Notes under the pieces: generated by a model
What the model saw: the letters and a program-made list of their open reading frames with translations, nothing else
What the model was told of the DNA's origin: nothing
Database searches by the model: none
Part shown: piece by piece, positions 8,484 to 18,971 of the stretch
Numbering within the stretch: the first letter of the stretch is position 1
Layout of the letters: each line of letters opens with the position of its first letter
Program-made: the position numbers and the translations under genes
Assembly (NCBI GenBank): GCA_903864935.1
Contig: CAIPHT010000005.1
Coordinates: forward strand, 9,867-73,866
Origin: Candidatus Vogelbacteria bacterium
Lineage (GTDB): Bacteria > Patescibacteriota > Minisyncoccia > Phycocordibacterales > XYD1-FULL-46-19
Direction of reading: 5' to 3'
Length of the DNA stretch: 64,000 bases

Positions 8484-9104
8484 ATGAAGACTTTCGCTTT
8501 TATTGACGCTTCTAATCTTTTTTATGGTGGTGAAAAAAGTTTAGGTTGGAAGATCGATTATCAAAAATTACTCGCTTATATTAAAGAAAAATACGAAGCG
8601 GAAAAGGTCTTTTATTTTGGAGGAGTGGAAATTCACGATTTTCTCTATGACTATCAAAAAGAAGAAACCGTCAATTTATCGGAGTTAGAGAAACATTTGT
8701 TGTTGATAATCAAAAATGAAGAGAATAATTTTAACGAAGCTCGGTTAATTCTTTTTGGTCACCATCTTCAGCGTGTTCGTTTTTACAAAAAGCTAGAATC
8801 TTTTGGTTACAAAATGTTTCTCAAGCCGGTTAAACTTTTTGAGCAGGAAGATGAATCAACTAAAAGAAAAGCTGATTGCGATGTTGATATGACAGTAAAA
8901 ATTATCAGAGAAAAAGATAATTTTGACCGAGCTCTTATTTTGTCTGGTGATGGAGATTTTTTGCCTACCCTAAAATATCTGAGAGAATTAGAAAAAGAAG
9001 TTGTTATCTTGGCACGTGGGCCTAGGACAGCACGAGAAATTCGCCAATTTGCTGGCAGTAATTTTAGAGACTTCGAGTATCTTCGAGAGCTATTAAAAAG
9101 GTAA
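8484..9104 (+). CDS. NYN-domain (LabA/DUF88, PIN-like) protein
   Basis: FIDASN, KADCDVD, LSGDGDF; likely start ATG 8484. Confidence 0.88.
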   Translation: MKTFAFIDASNLFYGGEKSLGWKIDYQKLLAYIKEKYEAEKVFYFGGVEIHDFLYDYQKEETVNLSELEKHLLLIIKNEENNFNEARLILFGHHLQRVRFYKKLESFGYKMFLKPVKLFEQEDESTKRKADCDVDMTVKIIREKDNFDRALILSGDGDFLPTLKYLRELEKEVVILARGPRTAREIRQFAGSNFRDFEYLRELLKR

Positions 9105-9200
9105 TAGAAACACAAACGGCACCCATTTAGGATGCCGTTCAAGTTTAGTACCTTAAGTTTACTTGATTGACGAAAATTGTCAATCGTTGTTTGCAATTTT

Positions 9201-9356
9201 TGCGAGGGATGGGAGAAAACCGTCGCCCGCGACTCAAGTCTCGCCGTCGCTCAACTTGGTCTGGGCACCAGCTCGCTAGTTTTTGTTGGTACAAAAACAT
9301 CGCTCCGCTGTTCGACTCTCCACGCAAGCCAAGCAGTTGGCTTGCTCATCCCGCAA
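9201..9356 (-). repeat. tRNA-associated structured element, copy 2
   Basis: Homologous to 4841-4984, with variable segments matching tRNA-Gly. Confidence 0.8.
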
Positions 9357-9386
9357 AAGAGCCTCCTTGTGGAGGCTCTTTTTCTG

Positions 9387-9457
9387 TGCGGGATGGGAGA
9401 GTCGAACTCCCGACCTCAGTTTGGAAAACTGATATTTTACCGCTAAACTAATCCCGC
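9387..9457 (-). tRNA. tRNA-Gly(TCC)
   Basis: Acceptor GCGGGAT/ATCCCGC, loop TTTCCAA, T-loop TTCGACT. Confidence 0.93.
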
Positions 9458-9596
9458 CTTCGCTGAAGCTTCGGCGGGCAGGCCCGCTCAGCTAGCTTTG
9501 ACTTCAATACTTTAGCAGGAAAATTGAGTATTTTCAATATAAAAAATACGCCGAGGACATTTCTGTCCTCGGCGCTTAATCGTTCTCGGCGTGTGG

Positions 9597-10133
9597 CTAA
9601 CGGTGACGGAAACGTTGCTCGTATTTGCTCAGGTCATGGGAGCAAGAGAAACTCTTTCCTGTGTCTGGGTCCTGCCAGAAGTCTTCTGCAAATGCAAGTC
9701 CCCAGTCCTTGCCTGGCTTAGACCCCTCTTCTCTGTTCCAGCGAGGAAGAGCTTGTTTGAAAAAGACTCTCTTCCCACCAACAAGGAATCTCCCCATGCT
9801 GACAATCATCTCGCAAATCGGGTCGGAATGTTGTGTCGAAGTGAAGAGACCCACTCCTTTAACGCAAGGCTTGCTCAGGGCCTCCAACATCACGAGCAGG
9901 CCACTGGGCACAAGCTTCGGCGGGCCGGTAGTGACAGACTTGTTGATGAAGGTTTTGTCCGGGGGCATGTAGAGGTCGGTCATCACCCAGTCGAAGTCTT
10001 GTTTGTCCAGCAGGTCCACCGCTTCTTTGTAGCCCGTCGCGGAGACAATGTCGTAGGCTTCGGGGGAGATTGTCTCCCTGGTAGACTCGATATTCTCTGG
10101 GCTGTCGTCAACAATCAGAATGCGCTCTCTCAT
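9597..10133 (-). CDS. response regulator receiver-domain protein
   Basis: RILIVDDS...VMTDLYMP; AAGGAG before ATG 10133. Confidence 0.75.
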   Translation of the reverse strand: MRERILIVDDSPENIESTRETISPEAYDIVSATGYKEAVDLLDKQDFDWVMTDLYMPPDKTFINKSVTTGPPKLVPSGLLVMLEALSKPCVKGVGLFTSTQHSDPICEMIVSMGRFLVGGKRVFFKQALPRWNREEGSKPGKDWGLAFAEDFWQDPDTGKSFSCSHDLSKYEQRFRHR

Positions 10134-10134
10134 C

Positions 10135-10770
10135 TTAGGTCTCCTTTTCAAAGTTCTGGTTTTTGTTATCTTCTTCTGAGACGATGAAGGCGAATCCGTT
10201 CGCTCGACTAATCTTCCTTTTTTCGCTCTCAAAAAAGATCGTGTCTAGACTGGGCCGGATCAGGCGGCTGCCGAATCTTCCTTCAATCAGCTTGCCGGGG
10301 AAAAGGGTGAGAATATACTGACCATTTTCGCTACTGAAGTTGGGCAGAGGGTCATGCATAACGACAACGCAATTTGCCCTCATGTAAGACAAGTCTTCGT
10401 CGGAGAGACTTTTGCGGAGAAGGCAGGCAACTTCTGGTGTGGCCTCTCTCCAACCTCGCTCCTTCGCTTCTTGGCGGATATTTTCCACTGTGCACCATTC
10501 AGCCTTGTCGATGTTCCAGCCATCAAGAATGGCGATTTCGTACTTCTTTCCTCTCGTTGGTTTGAAGTCCTCTGATTCGATAATTCTCTCGGCGCAGCCC
10601 TGGATTATGGGGGACTTGTCATCTTCCGAATAAAAGTTACGGAAGGATTCTTCGCACCATTCTTTTCCGGTTTTCCCGTCAGACGTTACGGAGAGGTAGT
10701 AAACCCCATCTTTCCAGGTAAAATGTTCATGGGTCGAGGTCCTTCCTGCCCACGGCTGAGAAATAATCAT
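10135..10770 (-). CDS. hypothetical protein
   Basis: 211-aa ORF with AAGGAG RBS, directly upstream of the receiver gene. Confidence 0.65.
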   Translation of the reverse strand: MIISQPWAGRTSTHEHFTWKDGVYYLSVTSDGKTGKEWCEESFRNFYSEDDKSPIIQGCAERIIESEDFKPTRGKKYEIAILDGWNIDKAEWCTVENIRQEAKERGWREATPEVACLLRKSLSDEDLSYMRANCVVVMHDPLPNFSSENGQYILTLFPGKLIEGRFGSRLIRPSLDTIFFESEKRKISRANGFAFIVSEEDNKNQNFEKET

Positions 10771-10971
10771 GGTTCATCTCCTTTTCAAGGTTCTTGTTTT
10801 TTGCCTAAATCAACCATTGATTCAGGTATTCACTCTTGCCAATGTTCTGATTATATTTTACAACGAAGACTACATTCTGTCATATTTGTCAACAATTCTT
10901 TATTTTTGACTTATTTTACCTTTATTTATATAATTAAAATGTTGACAATATTTTAGACAAAAACTAAAAAT

Positions 10972-11712
10972 ATGGAAAATAAACTCCTAAATACCCTTAC
11001 AAACATTGGATTATCTGATAAAGAAGCTCGGGTCTATATGGCGACAATGGCTCTAGGGCCTAGTAAAGTCCAAGCTATCGCTAAGGCTGCCGAGGTAAAA
11101 AGGACGACCGTTTATGTTATTTTGGAGGCGCTTAAGTCTAAGGGGTTAATAAGGGTGGAGCTTTCGGGTTGGAAGACTCTGTATGTGGCTGAGAGCCCAG
11201 ACAAATTGGAGTCTCTGGTAGAGCAAATGCGCCATCAGGTTAAGAAGACTCTGCCAGAATTTTCTGCCTTATATAATCTCCACTCCAGCGGCGCTTTTAT
11301 CAGTTATTACGAAGGACTTGAGGCGGTGAAGAACGTCTATGAGGGACTGCTTCGCGATATCAAGCCCCATGAGGACTATCTAGTTATTGGTGATTTGAAT
11401 CAGTGGCTAGAACAAGATAGGGACTTTTTTCTCGATTTTACCAAGCGTAGGGCTAAATTGGATATAAATATCAGAATCTTAATGCAAGAATCGCCTCTAG
11501 CTCATGAGCACAAAAGGTTGGAGAGAAATTTTAATGAAATTGTTAAGATTATGCCTCCAGAGTATAAACTGACAACTAATATGGTCATTATTCCGCATCG
11601 AGTCGTAATAAATCAGCTAACCCCACCCCTCCTTGCAATGGTCATAGAAAATGACAACATTGTCAAAATGAATAGGGAGTTATTCGAAATGATCTGGAAG
11701 TCAATTCCTTAA
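10972..11712 (+). CDS. TrmB-family transcriptional regulator
   Basis: IGLSDKEARVY...KRTTVYVIL, YYEG. Confidence 0.85.
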   Translation: MENKLLNTLTNIGLSDKEARVYMATMALGPSKVQAIAKAAEVKRTTVYVILEALKSKGLIRVELSGWKTLYVAESPDKLESLVEQMRHQVKKTLPEFSALYNLHSSGAFISYYEGLEAVKNVYEGLLRDIKPHEDYLVIGDLNQWLEQDRDFFLDFTKRRAKLDINIRILMQESPLAHEHKRLERNFNEIVKIMPPEYKLTTNMVIIPHRVVINQLTPPLLAMVIENDNIVKMNRELFEMIWKSIP

Positions 11713-11764
11713 ATTGATTATTTACTAAATTTGCCCTTCTCTTCATTTTTGGTATTATTCAAAA

Positions 11765-12907
11765 ATGGTAAATAAAAAAACTCTCCGAACTTGGGTTGAG
11801 ATAGACAAGAAAGCCCTCGTTCATAATTATAAAATGTGGCGGCGTTTTATCGGCCCCAAGAAAAAACTCCTCTCGGTGATTAAGTCTAATGCCTATGGCC
11901 ATGGCCTTGTTGATTGTGCTAAGATTTTTTCTAAACTCGGGGCAGACTGGTTGGGGGTGGATGCGATCGAAGAGGCACTAGTTTTGAGGCGGGCCGGTAT
12001 TAAGAAACCGATCTTGGTCTTGGGCCATACTCGTCCGGCTAACTTCAAGCTCGCTGTTGAAGACAATATTGTTATTACTATTTCTTCCCCCGAATCTCTT
12101 AAAGAGATTGTGTCACTTGATAAGAAGTTGACTGGTAGCCAAGAGCTCCGCTTCCATCTCAAAATTAATACCGGCATGAACAGACAGGGCTTTGCTGTTT
12201 CTGATTTGCCCAAAGTCCTAAAAATTGTTTCTAGTTTAAAAAAAGTTAAGTTGATAGGAGTTTATAGCCACTTGGCTAGCCCTTGTAGTAAAGAAAACGA
12301 AACGAGAACTAAGTCTCAGGTAAAACTCTTCAAACAAGCGGTGCAAATTCTCGAAGAAGCCAGTTTTAATAACTTGATTCGACATCTCTGTGCCACGGGA
12401 GCCACCACCTTCTATCTTGATGATTCCTTAGACATGGTGCGAATTGGCATTGGCTCTTATGGCCTCTGGCCTGACGAGGCGGCTAAGAAGTATCTGGCCA
12501 AGACGGCCAAATGGTTCTCACTTAAGCCAGCTCTTACTTGGAAGGCGGTGGTGAGCGAGATTCATGGAGCGAAGAAGGGCGAGGCCGTTGGTTATGATTT
12601 CACCCATGTTTTCAAAAAAGATTCTAAATTGGCTATTTGCGCCGTCGGTTATTGGCATGGCTATAATCGCATACTCTCCAATCGGGGTTACGTAATGATC
12701 AAAGGAAAGAAGGCCCCTCTCGTCGGGCGAGTCTCGATGGATATGATTATTGTTGATGTGACTAATATCCCTCAGGCCAAAGTTGGTGATGAAGTTATCA
12801 TTATGGGGCCCGGCATTAGTGCTTATGATTTTGCCAAACTCTCTGACACTTCTCCCTATGAAGTAATCACCCGTATTAATCCAGATATTCCTAGGTTATA
12901 TAAATAA
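11765..12907 (+). CDS. alr: alanine racemase
   Basis: VIKSNAYGHG (PLP lysine), HLKINTGMNRQG, VGRVSMDM. Confidence 0.95.
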   Translation: MVNKKTLRTWVEIDKKALVHNYKMWRRFIGPKKKLLSVIKSNAYGHGLVDCAKIFSKLGADWLGVDAIEEALVLRRAGIKKPILVLGHTRPANFKLAVEDNIVITISSPESLKEIVSLDKKLTGSQELRFHLKINTGMNRQGFAVSDLPKVLKIVSSLKKVKLIGVYSHLASPCSKENETRTKSQVKLFKQAVQILEEASFNNLIRHLCATGATTFYLDDSLDMVRIGIGSYGLWPDEAAKKYLAKTAKWFSLKPALTWKAVVSEIHGAKKGEAVGYDFTHVFKKDSKLAICAVGYWHGYNRILSNRGYVMIKGKKAPLVGRVSMDMIIVDVTNIPQAKVGDEVIIMGPGISAYDFAKLSDTSPYEVITRINPDIPRLYK

Positions 12908-13297
12908 AAAATCTTTTACTTCTTTGCTCGAAGCTAGTTTTAGGATGATAAGGCCAATTATTACTCCAATGATAATGTTTTGGAGTTTTGTGTTAGATGA
13001 GGCGGAGTTAATTTGATAGAAAAATTCACCAACTGGCAAAATTATGAGAATTAATCCTTCAAAAATAGCCAGTTTTTGCCCGAGCTTCTTTTTCTTAGCT
13101 AATAAGATCCCGGCAAAGAGAGGCAACCCTATTGAAAAAATTAAGGATGATAAAAAGGTTATGATTAAAATCGAGCCATTACCACCTGTCAAAGATAAGA
13201 AGGCTGGGATTAGCAATAGGGAAAGAGCTAACCCAAATATTCCAATTGCCGTCTCTATAGAAAGTAGGATGAGTAGGACTTTTAATTTTGTCGGCAT
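12896..13297 (-). CDS. membrane protein
   Basis: Four hydrophobic segments. Confidence 0.65.
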   Translation of the reverse strand: MPTKLKVLLILLSIETAIGIFGLALSLLLIPAFLSLTGGNGSILIITFLSSLIFSIGLPLFAGILLAKKKKLGQKLAIFEGLILIILPVGEFFYQINSASSNTKLQNIIIGVIIGLIILKLASSKEVKDFLFI

Positions 13298-13427
13298 AAT
13301 TTTATCTGTTAAGTTATTAATCTCTTTAATTATACAACCGTTAGCTTAAAATCAAAAAACCAGCCGGTGTAAGGGCTGGTTTTTTGATGGTTTGGCTAAA
13401 AGCTATTAGCTAAAACCTAGAAGCTTT

Positions 13428-13700
13428 CTACTTAACAGCGTCCTTCAAGGCCTTAGCAGGCTTGAACTTAGGCACGTTCATAGCAGGAACGTGGACTGCC
13501 TCGCCGGTGCGAGGATTACGAGCCTCACGAGCCTTGCGGGCCTTAACAGCGAAGATACCGAGACCGGCGATAGAGACGTCATTACCTTTCTTAAGGCTTG
13601 AGATGATCGCATCGATCATTACGTCGACGGCTTTCTCGGCGCTGGCCTTGGTTGTACCAATCGCTTCGGCGACCACTTCGACAATTGCTTGCTTATTCAT
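13428..13700 (-). CDS. hup: HU family DNA-binding protein
   Basis: GLGIF...REARNPRTGE...PKFKPAKALKDAV. Confidence 0.95.
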   Translation of the reverse strand: MNKQAIVEVVAEAIGTTKASAEKAVDVMIDAIISSLKKGNDVSIAGLGIFAVKARKAREARNPRTGEAVHVPAMNVPKFKPAKALKDAVK

Positions 13701-13797
13701 AGTGTTGTTTTTCCCTTTTAACGGGGATATTTTTGTTAATGTGTAAACAACTTATAATGAGGCCATTGTAATACAAGGCTATTTGGGTGTAAAGGGT

Positions 13798-15792
13798 CTA
13801 GAACCAGATCTTGAGCAGGAGCGGGATGATCAAGAGGGCGACAATATTTAAGATTTTGATCATTGGGTTGATGGCGGGACCGGCGGTATCCTTGTAAGGA
13901 TCACCCACGGTGTCACCAGTAACGGCGGCTTTGTGCGCATCGCTACCTTTGCCACCAAAATTACCTAACTCGATGTACTTCTTAGCATTATCCCAAGCCC
14001 CACCACCAGAGGTCATCGAGATAGCGACGAAGAGACCCGTTACAATACTACCCACCAAGAGGCCACCCAAGGCAACTGGGCCAAGGATTAACCCAACAAG
14101 GACAGGAGCGAGAACGGGGATAAGGGCAGGGATAATCATCTGTCTGAGAGCAGCCGAGGTCACAATGTCGACAGCCTTGGCATAATCAGGCTTGGCGGTG
14201 CCAGCCATAATACCAGGAATCTCGCGGAATTGACGACGAACTTCCTCCACAACTTCGCCAGCGGCTTTGCCCACGGCCTCCATGGAGAGGGCGGCAAAAT
14301 AATAAGGGAGAAGTCCTCCAATGAAGAGGCCAACAATAACTTTAGGATCAGAGAGGGAGAAAGCAAGGTTGCCAGCTTCTTGAGTGTAAGAGGCGAAGAG
14401 GACAAGTGCCGCGAGACCAGCCGAACCAATGGCATAACCCTTGGTGACGGCCTTGGTGGTGTTGCCCACGGCATCAAGCGGGTCGGTAACATTGCGAACT
14501 TCTTCAGGCAACTCGGCCATCTCGGCAATACCACCGGCATTGTCGGTGATTGGACCATAGGCATCGATGGCAACAATAATACCAGCCATCGAGAGCATGC
14601 TCATGGCGGCAATCGCGATACCGTAGAGTCCGGCGAGATCATAGGCGGCTAAGATACCAATAACGATGGAGATAAGAGGGAGAGCGGTCGACTTCATCGA
14701 CATGGCGAGGCCTTGGATAATGTTGGTGCCGTGACCAGAGACAGAAGCCTTGGCAATGGACTGGACAGGATAATACTTGGTAGAGGTGTAGTACTCAGTA
14801 ATGATAACGAGAGCGCCAGTGACAAGGAGTCCCACAATAGCTGAACCAAAGAGGGCGGCGACTGGATAGAGACCGTTACTTCCCATCATCAGGTCGGTGA
14901 TGAAGTAGAAGGCGACAGCTGAGATGAGTCCAGAGGCGATAAGTCCCTTATAGAGAGCCCCCATAATATTCTCTGATTTGCCCATCTTTACAAACCAGGT
15001 ACCAATAATTGAGGAAATAATAGCCGCACCACCTAAGACGAGAGGGTAAGTAATGGCAATGCTCCCCGCTTTGAAGAGGGAGAGACCAATAATCATACAA
15101 GCAATAGTGGTAACAGCGTAGGTTTCGAAGAGGTCGGCAGCCATACCAGCACAGTCACCAACGTTGTCACCAACGTTGTCAGCAATAACCCCAGGGTTAC
15201 GAGGATCATCTTCGGGAATGCCAGCCTCAACTTTACCGACGAGGTCAGTACCAACATCAGCGGCTTTGGTAAAGATACCGCCACCGAGACGAGCGAAGAT
15301 AGAGATTAAAGAGGCGCCGAAGCCAAGACCAATTAAAGAGGCGACATCCTTGGTGATGGCGTAGAAGCCGGTAACACCCAAGAGAGCGAGACCAACGACA
15401 AGGAGGCCAGTAACTGACCCGCCACGGAAGGCGAGTTTGAGAGCGGCATCTAAACCATCACGGGCGGCCTCGGTGGTGCGCACGTTGGTGCGAACCGAGA
15501 CATTCATCCCGATATAGCCAGTCGCGGCGGAGAGAAGGGCCCCAACCAAGAAGCCAATGGCCAAAGTTAAGCCGAGGGCGACCCAAAGGATAACAAAAAG
15601 GATGGCCGCAATGATGGCAATCGTCTTGTATTGACGATTGAGATAGGCGCTTGCGCCTTGCTGAATAGCGAGGGCAATCTCTTGCATGCGAGCGTTGCCG
15701 GCCGGCTTCTTCATGATCAAACTGGCCAAAAAGAGACCATAAACGATGGCCAAAATGGCGGTCACGAGAGCAAAAATGATGTATGGATCCAT
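13798..15792 (-). CDS. hppA: membrane pyrophosphatase (K+-independent, H+-translocating type)
   Basis: [35 protein letters not shown] with Lys at the K+-dependence position. Confidence 0.93.
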   Translation of the reverse strand: MDPYIIFALVTAILAIVYGLFLASLIMKKPAGNARMQEIALAIQQGASAYLNRQYKTIAIIAAILFVILWVALGLTLAIGFLVGALLSAATGYIGMNVSVRTNVRTTEAARDGLDAALKLAFRGGSVTGLLVVGLALLGVTGFYAITKDVASLIGLGFGASLISIFARLGGGIFTKAADVGTDLVGKVEAGIPEDDPRNPGVIADNVGDNVGDCAGMAADLFETYAVTTIACMIIGLSLFKAGSIAITYPLVLGGAAIISSIIGTWFVKMGKSENIMGALYKGLIASGLISAVAFYFITDLMMGSNGLYPVAALFGSAIVGLLVTGALVIITEYYTSTKYYPVQSIAKASVSGHGTNIIQGLAMSMKSTALPLISIVIGILAAYDLAGLYGIAIAAMSMLSMAGIIVAIDAYGPITDNAGGIAEMAELPEEVRNVTDPLDAVGNTTKAVTKGYAIGSAGLAALVLFASYTQEAGNLAFSLSDPKVIVGLFIGGLLPYYFAALSMEAVGKAAGEVVEEVRRQFREIPGIMAGTAKPDYAKAVDIVTSAALRQMIIPALIPVLAPVLVGLILGPVALGGLLVGSIVTGLFVAISMTSGGGAWDNAKKYIELGNFGGKGSDAHKAAVTGDTVGDPYKDTAGPAINPMIKILNIVALLIIPLLLKIWF

Positions 15793-15913
15793 AAAAATTT
15801 ATAATTAATAATTGCTAAATAATGGCTATATACTAACATATTTTGGCTTTTTGGCTAGTTTATGCTAATAATTAAGTCAGGTCTGAACACTCTAGAGAGA
15901 AAGGAATAACAAG

Positions 15914-16132
15914 ATGTTTTATGTTGGTTGCGCCTCTAAAAAATGGGAGGAAATGACTTCTGCGGAGAGGCTGCAAGCTCTCCGTCGGGATAGTTACGCT
16001 GATCCGATGCCGACACCAGAAGGAGTCTGCGGAATTTGCTTTGAAACGAGTGAGGATCGTGACAAGTTTCGCTCGTCTCGTGCCCAGGAATACCAAGATA
16101 AACTTGACGACGAGGAGAGAGCCAATTTGTAG
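15914..16132 (+). CDS. small hypothetical protein
   Basis: AAAGGA RBS, CxxC, downstream hairpin. Confidence 0.5.
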   Translation: MFYVGCASKKWEEMTSAERLQALRRDSYADPMPTPEGVCGICFETSEDRDKFRSSRAQEYQDKLDDEERANL

Positions 16133-16261
16133 CTCTGCCCGCTTCGTGCAACAGCAAAGCCCCTCTGTCTGTACGAAGCGGGTTTTTGTTTTAGCAAGAA
16201 AGCAAAAAGCTGTCGGATCTGGCTCGACAGCTTTTTTGGGTGGACAGTTTTCCGTTTCTAA

Positions 16262-16909
16262 TTAATTAGTGGTGCGGAAGGAAGCTGGCCAAGTGACACT
16301 CACATTACCCTGTTGATCGGTGGAGTAGATCAAGTAGTAATAAGTAGTGTTGGATTGAAGACCGGAGAGGCTCACGCCTTGGAAGTTGCGATAATTAGAG
16401 TCAGTTCGCGCAATGTTACCGCTAACATCAACAGAGTTTGGATGCTCGTAGGTGGTAAGGGGGCTAGTGCTGTAGTAGACCTGGCCCTTAGCACTCTCGT
16501 TGGTCATCCAGCTAACAACAGCATTATTGCTATTGGTGCTGATGCCGACATTGCTGATAAGTGGAGCCGAACCAGTTGTCCCACTTCCACTACCATCATC
16601 ATTGGCCATCTTGTCGTTAAGAACGGGGAGGGTGGCGGGTCCAACACGACCAACTGAAGGAAGGCCATTGGCACTCTGGAAGTTGGCCACGGCCGACTTG
16701 GTCAAGAAACCGAAGTAGCTGGTAACCAAACCTTGAGGGTAGATAGTTGGATCTTCTGCAAGATAACTTTGCATAGCACCAACATCAGAGCCAGACATTC
16801 CCACTTCGAGCTGGCGATTTATTGCGGCGGCTGAAGCTGTGGCAGGGGAGCTCATTAAGAAGAGGGCCATAAGCATTAAGCCGGTTCCGAAAATTAAAGT
16901 TTTTGTCAT
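16262..16909 (-). CDS. secreted peptidoglycan-binding protein with FN3-like C-terminal domain
   Basis: Signal peptide; GMSGSDV...YFGFLTKSAVANFQ...GRVGPAT; LSGLQSNTTYYY. Confidence 0.82.
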   Translation of the reverse strand: MTKTLIFGTGLMLMALFLMSSPATASAAAINRQLEVGMSGSDVGAMQSYLAEDPTIYPQGLVTSYFGFLTKSAVANFQSANGLPSVGRVGPATLPVLNDKMANDDGSGSGTTGSAPLISNVGISTNSNNAVVSWMTNESAKGQVYYSTSPLTTYEHPNSVDVSGNIARTDSNYRNFQGVSLSGLQSNTTYYYLIYSTDQQGNVSVTWPASFRTTN

Positions 16910-17205
16910 AATATTTTATTTTAAGTTATTTTTTATTTACTGGTATGAATATTCGACCTTATATCTCATACCTCCATTTGCTACGTACCTGATGCCGTGG
17001 CTTGCCCGAAAAAATTACAGACCCCATTACAAATTAGGGATAAACTTTTTACTATGCTAGGCTTAATATCTCAGCAATAACTCTATTTTAGTGGTCTCTT
17101 TTGTAATTAATCTTGTCTCCCACGGCTTCATAAATAGTTAATGTCTCAGGCGTAATATTGAAGACATGACCTCAAAACAAGAAACAGAAAAAAGGCAGGG
17201 GGGTA

Positions 17206-17682
17206 ATGGCCACTGCTCACCACGACTTTGAGAAAGGTCTTAAAGCTCGGGCCTTGTTTAAGGTTCATGACAAGGTTATGAGTGATGACTTAGTCCAAGA
17301 TACTTTTATGAAAACGTGGAGCTATTTGGTAAAAGGAGGCAAAATCGATATGATGAAGGCCTTTCTCTATCATGTTCTCAATAATCTTATTATCGATGAG
17401 TATCGTCGGCACAAGACAAACTCGCTTGAGGTTTTGCTCGAAAAAGGTTTTGAGCCCGCCTCTGATCATTCGCGTATCTTTGAAATTCTTGATGGTAAAG
17501 CAACCATTCTTCTCATCCAACTTTTGCCGGATAAATATCAGAAAGTTGTCCGCATGCGTTACATCCAAGACCTCTCGCTTGATGAGATTGCTGTTCTCAC
17601 CGGAGAAACCAAGAACGCCGTTGCCGTACAATTGCATCGCGGGCTTAAGAAGTTAAGGGACCTGTACGAACACCGTTTTTAG
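17206..17682 (+). CDS. ECF (sigma-24-like) sigma factor, possibly frameshifted at the N-terminus
   Basis: DDLVQDTFMKTW, AFLYHVLNNLIIDEYR, region 4 LSLDEIA...VQLHRGLKKL; upstream ATG 17166 is out of frame. Confidence 0.85.
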   Translation: MATAHHDFEKGLKARALFKVHDKVMSDDLVQDTFMKTWSYLVKGGKIDMMKAFLYHVLNNLIIDEYRRHKTNSLEVLLEKGFEPASDHSRIFEILDGKATILLIQLLPDKYQKVVRMRYIQDLSLDEIAVLTGETKNAVAVQLHRGLKKLRDLYEHRF

Positions 17683-17732
17683 TTTATAATATCCCAGGGT
17701 TTGTAACTTTTTCTTAAATATGGAGATCGGTC

Positions 17733-17960
17733 ATGACTACGCCCATAGCTATTCACACCAGACTAAAAGATTTGCCCGAGGGCACCCGCTTTAAGATCTC
17801 TGGCTGTCATAGTCGGGGAGTTTTTGTTCGCGTTTGCAACAAAGGAGTCCGAACAGCTTGTTCCGAAGCCTCTGGCCGGGAAGTTGTCCTCCATTTGGAG
17901 AACTTTGTCGACCCTGTCCCGACTTCGGAAGAGGCTCTTGCTCCCACTTTGGTCGAGTAG
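17733..17960 (+). CDS. small hypothetical protein
   Basis: GGAG RBS; terminator hairpin 17974-18015. Confidence 0.5.
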   Translation: MTTPIAIHTRLKDLPEGTRFKISGCHSRGVFVRVCNKGVRTACSEASGREVVLHLENFVDPVPTSEEALAPTLVE

Positions 17961-18133
17961 CCTTCTTACAGAAAATCCCGCACGGCGCGAAGCGCCGTGC
18001 GGGATTCCTTTTTTTGTTCGTAACTATGTCATAGATTGACATAAACAATGTTATTAAGTAGGGTTGGTTTAGAAATCGGTAGGCTTAAGCTGGAATAGGC
18101 CAGCAAGGAGTAGACCGTAGAAAGGACATTGTC

Positions 18134-18874
18134 ATGTCGCTTGATTCGCATATTGCCGCAGATGCCTTCGAAATTGCGAAGGTTATCAAGGCCCTCACTG
18201 AGGGTGTCAAAGACGCTGGGGGTAATCCTGACTTGGACTTGGGATTGCTCTGTGATAAGGAGACGAAGCACGAAGTGGGGAAGTTGATTGCCCGCAAGAT
18301 GTTTCGGGTTTGCTACGAAGCGAAAGTTTCTGCTTTCGGCAAAGAGTTTGACGCAGCCTTCTCTTTTGTTGCGAATCTCCCCAACGTGAAAGGGCAAAAC
18401 TGGCCTGCTTTGACTGATTACAAGACCGAGCCAATCTTTTTGCCCGGAGATCTCCGGGATGGCCAGTTCCGCAGTCTGAAGTTCCTCAGATTTTACCGGG
18501 GGTTCGAACAGCAGCGTGAAGTGCAAAAGGTTCTTGGCTCGGCTGGGTTGAGGCTTGCCTCCTTCGAACAGCTGGCATTGTTTCTTCACGGTCTGGCTGA
18601 TGGCTCGAGTGACCTCATCCTTCCTGAAGAGTTACAACCTGGAGAGGTGAAAAACAGCTCCACTGTGTCCTTTATTTCCGCCGACCATCACTGGGAGGAG
18701 GCCGGTCACTACTGGACGCCGGTCATGTTCAAGAAGGTCTTCTACATCTCGCTCGAAAGCAATGTTAGGACGATGAAGGTTCTCTATGAGCTTCGCCCCT
18801 TTGATCACCAGCGACTCGAAGAGGACAAACCCAACAACCGGACATTCGTGGTTGCGGTCGACAAGGTCGCCTAG
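18134..18874 (+). CDS. hypothetical protein
   Basis: 246 aa, AAAGGA RBS, upstream promoter, terminator near 18883-18911. Confidence 0.65.
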   Translation: MSLDSHIAADAFEIAKVIKALTEGVKDAGGNPDLDLGLLCDKETKHEVGKLIARKMFRVCYEAKVSAFGKEFDAAFSFVANLPNVKGQNWPALTDYKTEPIFLPGDLRDGQFRSLKFLRFYRGFEQQREVQKVLGSAGLRLASFEQLALFLHGLADGSSDLILPEELQPGEVKNSSTVSFISADHHWEEAGHYWTPVMFKKVFYISLESNVRTMKVLYELRPFDHQRLEEDKPNNRTFVVAVDKVA

Positions 18875-18971
18875 TTTTTGTCGCCCCGAGGAGCGTCCCG
18901 CTCCTCGGGGCGTTCTTTGTTTAACGAAAAGCCCCTGGCTCGCGAAGCGAACCAGAGGCTTTATCTTGTTT

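Noticed and set aside
4826-9390. Integrative element or prophage between tRNA-Pro and tRNA-Gly
   Set aside because: No integrase or phage genes; the tRNA 3'-end duplications lie under 200 bp from their tRNAs.
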